Below the pieces are notes generated by a model. That model was given only the letters and a program-made list of their open reading frames with translations, did no database searches and had not been told where the DNA came from. A stretch of DNA of 64,000 bases from an uncultured Chloroflexia bacterium (GTDB taxonomy: Bacteria; Chloroflexota; Chloroflexia; Thermomicrobiales; UBA6265): positions 285,299 to 349,298 of the forward strand of contig CAVRUC010000008.1 of the NCBI GenBank assembly GCA_963724295.1, in the 5' to 3' direction. Shown here piece by piece: positions 47,442 to 57,948 of this stretch (positions are counted from its first letter, which is position 1; every line of letters begins with the position of its first letter). Position numbers and translations under genes: made by a program.

Positions 47442-47470
47442 TTGACAGGTGGTCTGACCTGTGACAGGAT
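47442..47470 (+). promoter_or_regulatory. Promoter with overlapping FadR/GntR-type operator
   Basis: TTGACA - 17 nt - CAGGAT with an extended TG; palindrome ACAGGT-GGTCTG-ACCTGT at 47445-47462 containing a TGGTCnGACC core. Confidence 0.7.
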
Positions 47471-47506
47471 GCCCGTGGATTGACCAAGCACGGAAAGAAC
47501 AGCGGG

Positions 47507-48256
47507 ATGACCACCCCGGATACCGCCTCAGTCGCCATTGCTGCGGACCCCACGCCGCTCGATGGATTCTCGCGCCTCACGCAGCGGACAGTAACCGCGG
47601 ACGTGGTCGATCAGATCAAGCGGCTGATTACCCTGGGAACGCTGGTCCCGGGCCAGCGGCTTCCCTCTGAGCGGGTGCTTGCTGACCTACTGGGCGTCTC
47701 GCGGCCGACCACGCGCGAGGCGGTGCGCGCGCTGGAGGCGATGGGCATCCTTAGCACCCGACACGGAAGCGGCACGTTCGTCACGGACCTCAGCGCCGAA
47801 ACGCTGGCGCGACCTCTCATCTTCGTCCTCGACATCAACCGCAACGCGCTGCACGAATTGTTCGCGGTCCGCGTCTTGCTGGAGGCCGGCGCCGCGGAGG
47901 CCGCCGCAGCCTCCGCCGATCTCGATACCTGCGACCGACTCGCCGCCTGCATCACTGAGATGCGGGGTGCCGCCGATGCCGAGAGTTTTCTCGGGCCCGA
48001 TCTCACCTTCCACCAAATCGTCCACCAGGCATCCGGGAATGCCCTCATCTCGGCGCTGATGAATGGCCTGCGGGCGCTGACCCGCGCAAGTCTTCTGGCC
48101 AGCGCGGCCGGAGAGCCCGCGCGGCGGGAGGCCGCGGACGAGCACGAGGCGATTCTGGCCGCGCTGCGCCGGCGGGATGGCGCGGCGGCTGCACAAGCGA
48201 TGCGTCAACACGTCGAGAATGCGCGACGGCGGTCCCAAGCGACTGAGATTCCGTAG
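47507..48256 (+). CDS. GntR/FadR-family regulator
   Basis: PGQRLPSERVLADLLGVSRPTTREA...GSGTFV plus an FCD domain. Confidence 0.95.
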   Translation: MTTPDTASVAIAADPTPLDGFSRLTQRTVTADVVDQIKRLITLGTLVPGQRLPSERVLADLLGVSRPTTREAVRALEAMGILSTRHGSGTFVTDLSAETLARPLIFVLDINRNALHELFAVRVLLEAGAAEAAAASADLDTCDRLAACITEMRGAADAESFLGPDLTFHQIVHQASGNALISALMNGLRALTRASLLASAAGEPARREAADEHEAILAALRRRDGAAAAQAMRQHVENARRRSQATEIP

Positions 48257-48343
48257 CGGCGCGGCGCCCGGCAATCGATCGGTGATCCCCGGCGGCGACG
48301 GCGCCGCACCGGGAGCGGCACGAAGAGAAAGGAGCGCACGACG

Positions 48344-50026
48344 GTGAGCGAGTCCAATGCAATGCGGATGCTGCTCGACCAGATATTGATGGGACGGCTC
48401 ACCCGGCGGCAGGCGCTAACCCGCGCCGCAGCGCTCGGTGTGACCCCACTGGCGCTGTCCCACGCCATGACCCAGGCGGCGGCCGCCCAAGAGATGCGCA
48501 CCGTCACCTTCGAGACCATTCCCGGTCCGCCCTGGGAGGGAGGTACGCGAGGTGGCGCCGGGCGCGTGGCCTGGCCGGAAGATGCCATCACCCTCGACCC
48601 GCCCCTCGCCTACGACCTGGGTGGGTACTACGGCATCGCGAACTTCTACCGTGGCCTCCTCTATTACGGCCTGAACACTGAGCCGCAGCTCGACCTCGCC
48701 GAGTCGATGGAGATCAGCGAGGACGCTACGTTCTATCGGTTCCGCATCAAGCCGGACGTCACCTTCCACAACGGGCGGACGCTGACCGCCAACGACTTCA
48801 AGTTCACCTGGGAACGCGCCTCCTCGCCCGAGCTGGGGAGCTGGGTGCAGGGGTTCCTTGGCTCTGTCGAGGGTCACGCTGATTTCGTCGCCGGTGACGC
48901 AGACGAGATCAGTGGCATCAAGATCGTCGATGACCTCACCATCGAGCTGACGTTGAGCCAGCCGGACGTCACCATCCCCGGCGTCCTCGCCATCCCACCC
49001 TTCTACGTCCTGCCAGCCGAGGAGGTTCAGGCCGAGGGAGAAAATTTCCAGTTCACTATGGGAACCGGTCCCTGGAAGCTGGAGGAGTTCGATCAGGCGC
49101 AGCGCCGTTATCGCTGCTCCCGCTTCGAGAACTATGTCTACGCCGAATCGCTGCCCTATTTCGACACTCTGGAGTGGGAGTGGGGCATCACCCCGACGCT
49201 AGAGGCGCAGCGGGTGCAGCGGGGTGAGCTAGAGGCGATGGGGGCCAATGTGCCCGCGGCGACCGCGCTCCAACTCCAGCAAGGGGGCGCCGGCGAGGAC
49301 ACGCTCCAACTCTGGGAGAGCCTCACCATCGTCTGGTACGAGTTCGACGTGACCAAACCGCCATTCGACAACCCGCTGGTGCGGCAAGCGATCAACCACG
49401 CCTTCAACCGGGATCGCCTGCAGCGGCTGCTGGTTCAGCCGACGGGCCACTTCTACCCAACCGCCGTGCTCGGCTACGACCCGGAGGCCACCGTCTACGC
49501 CTACGACCCGGAGCGAGCCAAGGCCCTCCTCGCCGAGGCTGGCGTCAGCGACCTGGCGATCACGATCCCGATCTGGGGCGAAGACCAGGGGGAGAGCCAG
49601 CAATTGCTTCAGCAAGATCTGGCCGCGGTAGGCATCACGGTAACCCTGCAGCAAGATCCGGCTGACGAGAACCAGTACGGGGCCAAGTTGCGCGGGATGT
49701 ATCCGGTCTGGCCGCGCGGCTGGGGGATGGGCTTACCCGATACGGCCGAGCTCTACAACAGCATGATGAAGACCGGCGCGCCGGCCAACTACGGCGGGTA
49801 CAGCAACGAGGAGGTCGACCGTCTCGGTGCCGAGGCGCAGCGGACCACCGATCCCGCCGCGCGCGGCGAACTTTACGCGCAGGCGGAACAGCTCCTCATC
49901 GACGACGCCCCCTACATCTTCGTCGGGGTCCGCCAGTGGGGCACGCTGAAGCGGCCCGAGCTGCAGAACTTCACCTGGGAACCGGTCCTTTACGAGCACT
50001 GGGACCGCTACTGGCTCCAGGGCTAG
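48344..50026 (+). CDS. Peptide/nickel-type ABC substrate-binding protein (family 5), Tat signal
   Basis: TRRQAL twin-arginine signal; TLDP, FHNGRTLTANDFKFTWER, VRQAINHA. Confidence 0.92.
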   Translation: MSESNAMRMLLDQILMGRLTRRQALTRAAALGVTPLALSHAMTQAAAAQEMRTVTFETIPGPPWEGGTRGGAGRVAWPEDAITLDPPLAYDLGGYYGIANFYRGLLYYGLNTEPQLDLAESMEISEDATFYRFRIKPDVTFHNGRTLTANDFKFTWERASSPELGSWVQGFLGSVEGHADFVAGDADEISGIKIVDDLTIELTLSQPDVTIPGVLAIPPFYVLPAEEVQAEGENFQFTMGTGPWKLEEFDQAQRRYRCSRFENYVYAESLPYFDTLEWEWGITPTLEAQRVQRGELEAMGANVPAATALQLQQGGAGEDTLQLWESLTIVWYEFDVTKPPFDNPLVRQAINHAFNRDRLQRLLVQPTGHFYPTAVLGYDPEATVYAYDPERAKALLAEAGVSDLAITIPIWGEDQGESQQLLQQDLAAVGITVTLQQDPADENQYGAKLRGMYPVWPRGWGMGLPDTAELYNSMMKTGAPANYGGYSNEEVDRLGAEAQRTTDPAARGELYAQAEQLLIDDAPYIFVGVRQWGTLKRPELQNFTWEPVLYEHWDRYWLQG

Positions 50027-50039
50027 GGATCTTCCAGCG

Positions 50040-50981
50040 ATGTCGGTACCGGCCATGCTCGGCGCGCCGGACGCGCTGCCGAGCCCGACGGAGCTCTACA
50101 GCGCGCCGGCTGCCGCGCCGGCGGCAAGGCCGCGCCGGTGGACGCCGCGTGCCCTCGGCGCCGCCCCGCTGCTCGGGGCGGTCATCGTTGCTGTCTTCCT
50201 GGTCGGCGCCCTCTTCGCGCCACTCCTGGCGCCGCACGACCCAAACTACCAGTACTTCGACGGACTCAGCCCGATCGGTGAGCCGCTGCCGCCGGGCAGC
50301 CCGCCCTATCTTCTGGGTACAGATACGCTGGGCCGAGACATGCTCTCCCGGTTGATGTACGGCGCGCGGGTGGCCGTCTTTGTCGCGGTCGTGCCCAACG
50401 CGCTGGCCCTCTTCCTCGCGCTGGTTGTGGGCACGATCGCCGGCGCATACGGCGGTTGGCTGGAAACGGGCTTGATGCGCTTTACCGAGACGATGATGGT
50501 CCTTCCCACCTTTCTCCTGGCGCTGGCCCTGCTTACGGTGCTCGGTCCCGGTCTCGGCGTCGTGGTGGGCTCGCTGGTGCTGGTCAGTTGGACCTACCCG
50601 GCGCGCGTCGTCTACGGCGAGACACTGCGCCTGCGGGAAACAGCCTTCGTCGAGGCCGCGCGGGCGCTCGGCGCCGGGACACCCCGGATCATCGTTCGCC
50701 ACGTCGTGCCGCAGTTGGGGATCATCCTCCTCATCTACTTCACCTTGAACGCGGCGACAATGGTGCTGCTCGAGGCGGGTCTCGGGTTCCTCGGTTTCGG
50801 CGTCCAGCCGCCCACGCCATCGTGGGGCGCCATGATCCACCAGGGGCGCGACGTCCTCTTCTGGCCCTGGTTGATGCTCGAGCCGGGGATTTGCCTCGCT
50901 CTCCTCGGTACGGGGTTCTACCTCGTCGGCACCGGATTGCAGCGCGCCACTGGTCCGCGCCTGTATCGGGTGCAGCTCTGA
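50040..50981 (+). CDS. Peptide ABC permease (DppC-like)
   Basis: LGTDTLGRD, FVEAARALGA, LGFLGFGVQPPTPSWG. Confidence 0.93.
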   Translation: MSVPAMLGAPDALPSPTELYSAPAAAPAARPRRWTPRALGAAPLLGAVIVAVFLVGALFAPLLAPHDPNYQYFDGLSPIGEPLPPGSPPYLLGTDTLGRDMLSRLMYGARVAVFVAVVPNALALFLALVVGTIAGAYGGWLETGLMRFTETMMVLPTFLLALALLTVLGPGLGVVVGSLVLVSWTYPARVVYGETLRLRETAFVEAARALGAGTPRIIVRHVVPQLGIILLIYFTLNAATMVLLEAGLGFLGFGVQPPTPSWGAMIHQGRDVLFWPWLMLEPGICLALLGTGFYLVGTGLQRATGPRLYRVQL

Positions 50982-51901
50982 TGGTCCGCTACCTGCTGCG
51001 CCGCCTCGGCACGATCCTGCTCACCCTGCTGATCGTGGCCACAATCACCTTTACGCTGACGGTCCTCATTCCGACTGACCCGGCGCGGACGATCGTTGGC
51101 CCCAAGGGCACTCCAGAGCAGGTGGCGCTGGTGCGCCAGCGCCTTGGCCTCGACGACCCGCTGCCAATGCAATATGCGCGCTACCTGGGTGACGTGACCC
51201 GGTTCGATTTCGGTTACTCCTATGGCTACCGTCGGGATGTGCGCGACATCCTGGTCGACCGCCTGCCCTACACCGCAATCTTGGCCGCCGCCGCGCTGAT
51301 CGTGCAGTTCGGAATCGGCGTGCCGCTCGGGCTGCTCACCGCTGCCCGCGCCGACGGCGTCGCCGATCGCCTGACCCTCGCCTGGACCATGCTCACGATC
51401 TCCCTTCCCGGCTTCTGGATCGGGTTGGTGCTGCTCTATCTGTTTGCCTTTCGTCTCCCGTTCTTTCCTCTGGGCGGGGCGTCGGAGCTTCGCTCGGTCG
51501 TACTGCCCGCGCTGGCATTGGGGCTGCCTGGCGCGGCCTGGTACTCGCGCTTGATCCGCGATACCACGCTGCAAAACCTCCACAGCGAGTTCGTGCAGGC
51601 GCTGCGCGCGCGCGGCATCTCCGCGCGGACAATCCTCGGCAAGCACGTCCTGCGAACCACGATAAGCCCAGTGCTGACGATGATGGCCATTGACTTCGGG
51701 GTCTTTCTCGGCGGCGCGGTCCTGGTGGAGTCGGTTTTTGCCTGGCCCGGACTGGGCTTGACCGCCTACGAGGCGATGCAGCGCGCCGACATCTCGCTGC
51801 TGATGGCGACGGTACTCGTGGGATCGCTCTTCGTCCTCGTACTCAACTTGCTGGCGGATCTCGCTCGCGTCTGGATCGATCCTCGTGTCCGCCTCTTCTG
51901 A
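50981..51901 (+). CDS. Peptide ABC permease (DppB-like)
   Basis: MVRYLLRRL, LGLDDPL, VESVFAWPGLG, IDPRVR. Confidence 0.93.
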   Translation: MVRYLLRRLGTILLTLLIVATITFTLTVLIPTDPARTIVGPKGTPEQVALVRQRLGLDDPLPMQYARYLGDVTRFDFGYSYGYRRDVRDILVDRLPYTAILAAAALIVQFGIGVPLGLLTAARADGVADRLTLAWTMLTISLPGFWIGLVLLYLFAFRLPFFPLGGASELRSVVLPALALGLPGAAWYSRLIRDTTLQNLHSEFVQALRARGISARTILGKHVLRTTISPVLTMMAIDFGVFLGGAVLVESVFAWPGLGLTAYEAMQRADISLLMATVLVGSLFVLVLNLLADLARVWIDPRVRLF

Positions 51902-52919
51902 CGCGCCGATCCTGGAGGTGCGGGGGCTCTCCGTCCGCTTTCCTGGCGCTAATGGCCCAGTGACCGTAGTCGACGGCGTTGACCTGACGGTCTTTCCCGG
52001 CCAGCGCTTCGCGATCGTCGGGGAATCGGGGTCCGGAAAATCGGTCACGCTGCTCAGCGTGCTCGGGTTGATCGATCCCCCCGGCGAGGTACGAGCCGAC
52101 CTGATCCGCCTCAACGGCCACGATCTCGATCCGAATGACAACGAGGCGTATAAGCGGGTGCGCGGCCGCGATGTGGCGCTGGTGATGCAGGACCCCCTGG
52201 CCGCGCTCAGCCCGGTCTTCTCGATCGGTGACCAGCTCGTGGAGACGATCCGCACGCACCGCCCGGCGCCGCGGCGTGCTGCACTGGCGGAGGCAATTGC
52301 ATTGCTCCAGGCGGTCGGCATCCCCGATCCGCACCGCCGTGTCCGGGATTATCCGCACCAGTTCTCGGGAGGAATGCGGCAGCGCGTCGCCATCGCGCTC
52401 GCGCTCGCCTGCGACCCGCCACTGCTCCTCGCCGACGAGCCGACCACCGCCCTCGACGTCACCATCAGCGCCCAGATGATTGACCTCCTGCGGCGACTTT
52501 CGGAGGAGCGCGGCATGGCCGTGGTCATGGTCAGCCATGATCTAGGGGTGCTGGCCGGATTCGCTGGCGCATTGGCCGTGATGTACGCCGGCCGCGTTGT
52601 CGAGCAGGGTGCAGTCGACCACATCTACCCGGATCCGGCGCATCCCTACACGCGCGCCCTGCTGGCGTCGCAACCGCGGATTCGTGAATCCCAGCGAGAG
52701 CGACTATTGGTCATCCCTGGCCAGCCACCCGACCCGGAGAGGCTACCGCAGGGGTGTTCGTTCCACCCCCGGTGCTCCCTCTCGCGGGGCCGGGCTATCT
52801 GCCAGCAGGACGTGCCGCGCTTGCGGCACGTTGCCGCCCCGGCGCGGTGGGCGGCTTGCCATTTCGCGGAAGAGCAGCTGGCCGGTGCCGTTCCGGGCAC
52901 CGCGGGAGTGGCTTCATGA
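51885..52919 (+). CDS. Peptide ABC ATP-binding protein (DppD-like)
   Basis: GESGSGKS, YPHQFSGGMRQR, ADEPTTALD, HPYT, C-terminal Cys cluster. Confidence 0.93.
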   Translation: MSASSDAPILEVRGLSVRFPGANGPVTVVDGVDLTVFPGQRFAIVGESGSGKSVTLLSVLGLIDPPGEVRADLIRLNGHDLDPNDNEAYKRVRGRDVALVMQDPLAALSPVFSIGDQLVETIRTHRPAPRRAALAEAIALLQAVGIPDPHRRVRDYPHQFSGGMRQRVAIALALACDPPLLLADEPTTALDVTISAQMIDLLRRLSEERGMAVVMVSHDLGVLAGFAGALAVMYAGRVVEQGAVDHIYPDPAHPYTRALLASQPRIRESQRERLLVIPGQPPDPERLPQGCSFHPRCSLSRGRAICQQDVPRLRHVAAPARWAACHFAEEQLAGAVPGTAGVAS

Positions 52920-52983
52920 GGGGCTAGGACCGGTGATGCGGGAGCGGTTGTGCAGATCACCAGCGAAAAGTTGAGGAGGTTCC

Positions 52984-54132
52984 GTGACCGAGACTAAACC
53001 GAACCGTACGCTCCCCTATCCGCGGAGCAAGGTCATCACCGGGCTGGAGTGGCTCGCCCCTGCCGCGAAGTACCCAGGCACCGGCACCGATATGCACTGG
53101 CACGCCTGGGGCGCGGACGACGCCCTCTACTTCGCCGACGACGATGGCGCCAACTTCGGCAATCCCTGGAACTTCGCTCATTTGTTGAAGGCTACCGGCG
53201 ACCCGCCCGATTTCCACCTGGAGGAGTTGCACGCCTTCCCGCAACTTGGACGGCCGGCCAACGACAAATACCGGCGCTACGTTGACGGCGTGCTGGCCGT
53301 CGGTTCGCGACTCTTCGTCGCAGCCTATGACTACAATGACGACCCCGAGACCGGCAAGCCGTTCTGGTTCCGCGACGCCAATTCCAACCACGGCGGGATT
53401 GTCTCCCTCATGTATTCGGACGACGGCGGGGAGACGTTCCAGAACGTACCCGACCCGGACGCCAAGACGCACTACTTCCTCGGTCCCAACTTTGCTGGGT
53501 TGAGCTTCGTCGGCTTCGGCCCGGGTTACAGCGGCGTCCCCGACCGCTTCGGCGACTCCGTGTACGCCATCTCGAACGACATCAACTGGGAGAGCGGTGA
53601 CCACATCCGCCTGGCGCGCGTGCCCAAAGACCGCGTGCTCGACCGTGCCGCCTGGGAGTTTTACGCCGGCAATGCGAACGGAATGACCGACGCGCCGCCG
53701 GAGTGGTCAGCGGACGAAGCGGCCGCCACGCCGATCCTGACCGATCCCGGGCACGTCAGCCACCCGACCATGACCTGGAACCCGGGTCTCGGCCGCTTCC
53801 TCCTTGCCTTTGGCAGCGACGAGGTACCGCACACCTTCGACACACCGGAAGAGGTCGTCAGGGCGACCTGGCATCTCCGCCGGGAGCTCTGTCTGTACGA
53901 GAGTCCAACACCGTGGGGACCGTGGGGACTTGTTCACTACGACCCCTTCTGGGAGGGCGAGCACGTCGCCTACCTCCCACAGATCCCGCCCAAGTGGCTC
54001 TCCGCCGACGGCCGCGAGGGCTGGCTGGTCTTCTCCGGCGACTACGGCCACTACGAAGGAAGGGGAGGCAAGAACTTCGAGAGTTTCTACGCCTTCATGT
54101 ACCGGCCGTTTCGGTTACTTACCGACCGCTGA
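52984..54132 (+). CDS. DUF4185-like beta-propeller protein, putative glycoside hydrolase
   Basis: YPRSKVITGLEW, WGADDALY, LARVPKDRVLDRAAWEFY, ESPTPWGPW, IPPKWLSADG; no signal peptide. Confidence 0.65.
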   Translation: MTETKPNRTLPYPRSKVITGLEWLAPAAKYPGTGTDMHWHAWGADDALYFADDDGANFGNPWNFAHLLKATGDPPDFHLEELHAFPQLGRPANDKYRRYVDGVLAVGSRLFVAAYDYNDDPETGKPFWFRDANSNHGGIVSLMYSDDGGETFQNVPDPDAKTHYFLGPNFAGLSFVGFGPGYSGVPDRFGDSVYAISNDINWESGDHIRLARVPKDRVLDRAAWEFYAGNANGMTDAPPEWSADEAAATPILTDPGHVSHPTMTWNPGLGRFLLAFGSDEVPHTFDTPEEVVRATWHLRRELCLYESPTPWGPWGLVHYDPFWEGEHVAYLPQIPPKWLSADGREGWLVFSGDYGHYEGRGGKNFESFYAFMYRPFRLLTDR

Positions 54133-54245
54133 GGGGAGGTTCATGATCAATCAGGGCCTGAAGGTGCCCTGAGCGACGCGTGCGTCGCCACTGGAAAAAA
54201 CCACCGACTTTCGACGCAGTTGCTTGCTTTGGGAGGGCAGCATAC

Positions 54246-55079
54246 ATGGGACGCAGAGTGCACATGCTCGTGACCGGGGATCACGCGGGGCCTGCCGCGT
54301 CAGGGTACCCCCTCCTCGGCGCCGACCTGATCGTCGATGCTGACAAGCGGCCGTTCGGCTACGTCGAAGACATGCAGTTTGAGCGCGGTGTGCGCGGCCC
54401 AGGTCAGCGCTCGCCGATCACCATGTTCTACATCGAGGGGGAAACCCAGAAGATCCTCGTCGATACCGGCTACGACCCCGGCGCAACTGGCGAGAAGAGC
54501 GCCCGCACTGTGCTGGCCAAGCACGGCTTCGCCCTTTGGACGGAAAGTCGCCCTGAATGGTCAGTCGAGAATCAGTTGGCGAAGGTCGGGACGACTCCGG
54601 AGGAGATCGACGTTGTTATCCTGACCCACTGCCATTTCGACCACATCGGCAACAATCTGAAGTTTCCCAATGCCCGGTTCATCGTCCAGCGCGATGAGCT
54701 CTCATGGGCACTCCATCCCCCCGCCTACGTTCAGTTCTATTACGGCGAGTACGGCTACAACCTGCTTGAGCTGGGGGATCGCCTGGAGGCCATCGACGGC
54801 GACCTCCGGGTGACTGATGGCGTCTCGCTCAAAAAGCTGGGCGGCCACACACCGGGCAGCCAGGCAATCCTGGTCGATACTGACGCTGGCCGGGTCTGCC
54901 TTTCCGGCGATCTTTTCTACTTCTATCTCAACTTGGAGCTGAACTGGCCGGTGGGATCGTTCTTTGATCTGAACGAACTCATGCGAGCCTACGCCTGGAT
55001 GAATGCCAACGCCGACATCATCGTGCCACAGCACGACTGGAAGTTCTTCGAGCTCTACCCGGAGGGGTGGGTTGGCTAG
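54246..55079 (+). CDS. N-acyl-homoserine-lactonase-family metallo-beta-lactamase
   Basis: LVDTG, THCHFDH, GHTPGSQ, GD, PQHD. Confidence 0.88.
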   Translation: MGRRVHMLVTGDHAGPAASGYPLLGADLIVDADKRPFGYVEDMQFERGVRGPGQRSPITMFYIEGETQKILVDTGYDPGATGEKSARTVLAKHGFALWTESRPEWSVENQLAKVGTTPEEIDVVILTHCHFDHIGNNLKFPNARFIVQRDELSWALHPPAYVQFYYGEYGYNLLELGDRLEAIDGDLRVTDGVSLKKLGGHTPGSQAILVDTDAGRVCLSGDLFYFYLNLELNWPVGSFFDLNELMRAYAWMNANADIIVPQHDWKFFELYPEGWVG

Positions 55080-56211
55080 CGATGGGAGTGAAATTCGCTC
55101 CATCGAGGCGCAGATCTATCGTTGTCCCATCGACGAACCGTTTGGCTATGCGAAGGGGTTCATCACGGTCCGCGAATCGGCGGTGGTGCGACTGGTGACC
55201 GCCGACGGGACCGTCGGTTGGGGCGAAGCTTATGCCCCGGCTGAAGCGACCGCTGCCGTCATTGAGACCGTAGGACCCGGGTTCATAGAATGGAGCGTCT
55301 TCGAGCGGGCAGCAATCATCACGGAGCATGCGACGCGATGTGACGATGGATTACCGAGCTCGCCAACCGCGGCGGCACTGTCAGCCATTGCGCTGGCCTC
55401 GCTCGACGCCGCCGGCCAGATGCTCGGCAGGCCCGCCTGGACATTACTCGGCGGGGTCGCAGACCCGCCGCTCCGTGTCTACGCCTCCGCCCTCTGGTTT
55501 CATCAGGCTGCGAATCCGACAGCCCACTATGGCAACGCCCTTCGTAAGGCACAAGAGGAGGGCTTTACCGCAGTCAAAGCGAAAATTGGACTCGGGGTCG
55601 ATGATGATCTCGAGACGATCCGCAGTTTGGGAGCGGCGAACAACGGGGTGGTGGTCATGCTCGATGCCAACCAGGCATATGACGCACACGACGCTGGAAT
55701 CGTGTCCGGTGTCGCTGGCGATACTGGGATCTTCTGGTTAGAAGAGCCGCTACCGCCTGACCGGCTGGAGGACTATGCGGCACTCCGCACCACCTCGGCG
55801 GTGCCTATAGCCGCTGGCGAGACCGTGACCTCGGTTCGTCATGCCCGACGATGGTTGGACGCGAAGGCGACAGACATCTTTCAGCCAGACGTCTGCCTGG
55901 TCGGCGGGCTCGAATCGGCTGCAGTCATCGCGGAGATGGCAGAGGGTGTCGGTATCGCCCTCGCGCCCCACTGTTTCGGTCTAGGCATCGGCCTGGCGTC
56001 CTCGCTCCATTGGGCAGCGGCAATTGCCGCAGTGCGTGGAAGCGAAGAGCCGACCTGGCTCGAGGTCGACACCTCCCCCAACCCGGCGCGGGATGCGCTT
56101 CTTGCCGATGCTTCGTGGTTCCTCGCGGGTGGAACGACCCTAAGCCTGCCAAACGAGCCGGGACTCGGCATTCCCGACCTGCGCCGAATTGCTGAGTTCC
56201 GAGTCAGATAG
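55072..56211 (+). CDS. Mandelate racemase/muconate lactonizing enzyme family protein
   Basis: VGWGEA, KAKIG, MLDAN, WLEEP, AGE, QPD, APH, PGLG; TTG start inferred. Confidence 0.88.
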   Translation: MASDGSEIRSIEAQIYRCPIDEPFGYAKGFITVRESAVVRLVTADGTVGWGEAYAPAEATAAVIETVGPGFIEWSVFERAAIITEHATRCDDGLPSSPTAAALSAIALASLDAAGQMLGRPAWTLLGGVADPPLRVYASALWFHQAANPTAHYGNALRKAQEEGFTAVKAKIGLGVDDDLETIRSLGAANNGVVVMLDANQAYDAHDAGIVSGVAGDTGIFWLEEPLPPDRLEDYAALRTTSAVPIAAGETVTSVRHARRWLDAKATDIFQPDVCLVGGLESAAVIAEMAEGVGIALAPHCFGLGIGLASSLHWAAAIAAVRGSEEPTWLEVDTSPNPARDALLADASWFLAGGTTLSLPNEPGLGIPDLRRIAEFRVR

Positions 56212-56615
56212 CGATGCGACAGAAAGCGGCAGTCTGCTCGCCACATCTTTGGCCCACACGGTGGTCGCGTCCCATTGAGGAGTAACCCGCTGGTCGTCTC
56301 AGAAACCACCGCACGAACCGGCCTACGAGTTCGTCTACTTCGGCGCGTGCGCAATGGCCGTGACGCGCACCTGATCTTCGATCCCAAGCACCGCAACGCC
56401 CGCAACGTCGCTCCGGGCCAGCGGTTGCGCGACGGTGAATATCTGGCCGCGTCGCGCAACCGGCCGGCCTCTTGCCGGGGGACCGGGTCTGTGCTACATC
56501 GTATCTTTCACGACGTGGGCCGAGGGGGTGAAGGAGGGCCAGGGCCCACGCTGCCGTGCAATCCGGGCTCGGGGCGGCCGACGGGGGCCGCCAGTCAGAA
56601 CGAGGAGGTTCGACA

Positions 56616-57942
56616 ATGTCCCTTTCTCGGCGCCAGCTCCTACAGGCGGCCAGCAGCGCATCGCTCGGGGTGGTGGCCGGCGGGTCGCTCCGCCAGTCCC
56701 GCGCCTCGGCCCAGGGCGAGAAGGAAGCGGTCACGATCCAGTTCTGGACGCACGACCAGAACTACATCGACTTCTTCACCGCCCGCGCAGCCGAGCTGAC
56801 CGAATCGGCCGATTCCGCTTATGCCTACGAGCTGAACATCACCCAGGCGCCGACCACCGACCTGGTCACCAAGGCGTTGGCCGCCTACGCCGCCGGTAGC
56901 GGCGTCCCCGACGCGATCGGGATCGAGATCTCCCAGTTCTCCCGCTTCATGCAGCGCGGCGTCGCCGAGCAGACCCTGCTCGACCTGACCGACCGCGTCG
57001 CCGACGTCCGCGACCAGTTCTTCGAGAGTCGCTGGGCCCCCTACACCGTCGACGGCAAGGTCTACGCCGTCGAGTCGGGCTACCCCCTCTCGGTCTACTA
57101 CTACCGGCAGGACCTTTTCGAGGAGTACGGGATCGAGACGCCGATCGAGAGTTGGGACCAGTTGATGGAGATCGGCCGCACCGTGACCGTGCCCCAGGGT
57201 AAGGCGGTCGCCGCGGTCACCACGACCGGCGGCACCGGCGGCGGCGACATCACCCACTTCGGGCTGCTCTACCAGCAGCGCGGCGGCAACTTCTTCGACG
57301 CCGAGGGCAACCTGACGCTCGACACGCCGGAGGCGGTCGAGGTCGCCGAGCTCATCGCCACGGGGCTCCAGGAGAAGACGATCCTGGGCCTCACGGACTT
57401 CTACGGCGGCCCCGGCGCGGCGGCCATGCAGCAAGGGGCGACAGTCGGTTACTTCATGCCTGACTGGTTCCAGACCTATGTGATCGAGCCGACGGCGCCG
57501 GAGCAAGAGGGGTTGTGGCGGATCCAGCCCCTGCCCGCCTTCGCCGGCGGCGGCAGCCAGACCAGCGTCTGGGGCGGTACGGGCTTCGCGGTCTCCAAGG
57601 ACTCGCCCACCATCGAGGCGACCTGGGAACTGCTCCGCTACGGATACCTGACGCGGGAGGGGCAGATCAAGCGCTGGCAGGAGATCCGCTATCTGCCGAC
57701 GATGGCCGAGGTCTGGGACGACCCGGTGATGATCGAAGCCGACGCCTTCTTGGGCGGCCAGGAGCCGGGCGCCGTCTACAAGGAGCTGGCGCCGACCGCG
57801 CCCACCCAGTACCAGAGCCCCTACTGGAACCAACTGACCGTCGAACTGGCCGGCCAACTAAGCCGAGCTATACAACGGCCGCAAGTCCGCCGCCGACGCG
57901 ATCCGGGACGCGGCGGCCGCGATCGAGGCGGAGATGGAGTAG
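56616..57942 (+). CDS. Sugar ABC substrate-binding protein (CUT1), Tat signal, frameshift near 3' end
   Basis: SRRQLL signal; YYYRQDLF, WGGTGFAV. A shift near 57862 restores ELYNGRKSAADAIRDAAAAIEAEME*. Confidence 0.88.
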
Positions 57943-57948
57943 TCGCTG

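Noticed and set aside
56275..56600. Possible gene or remnant between the enolase and the sugar SBP
   Set aside because: No RBS and no recognisable motif in any frame; cannot be supported.
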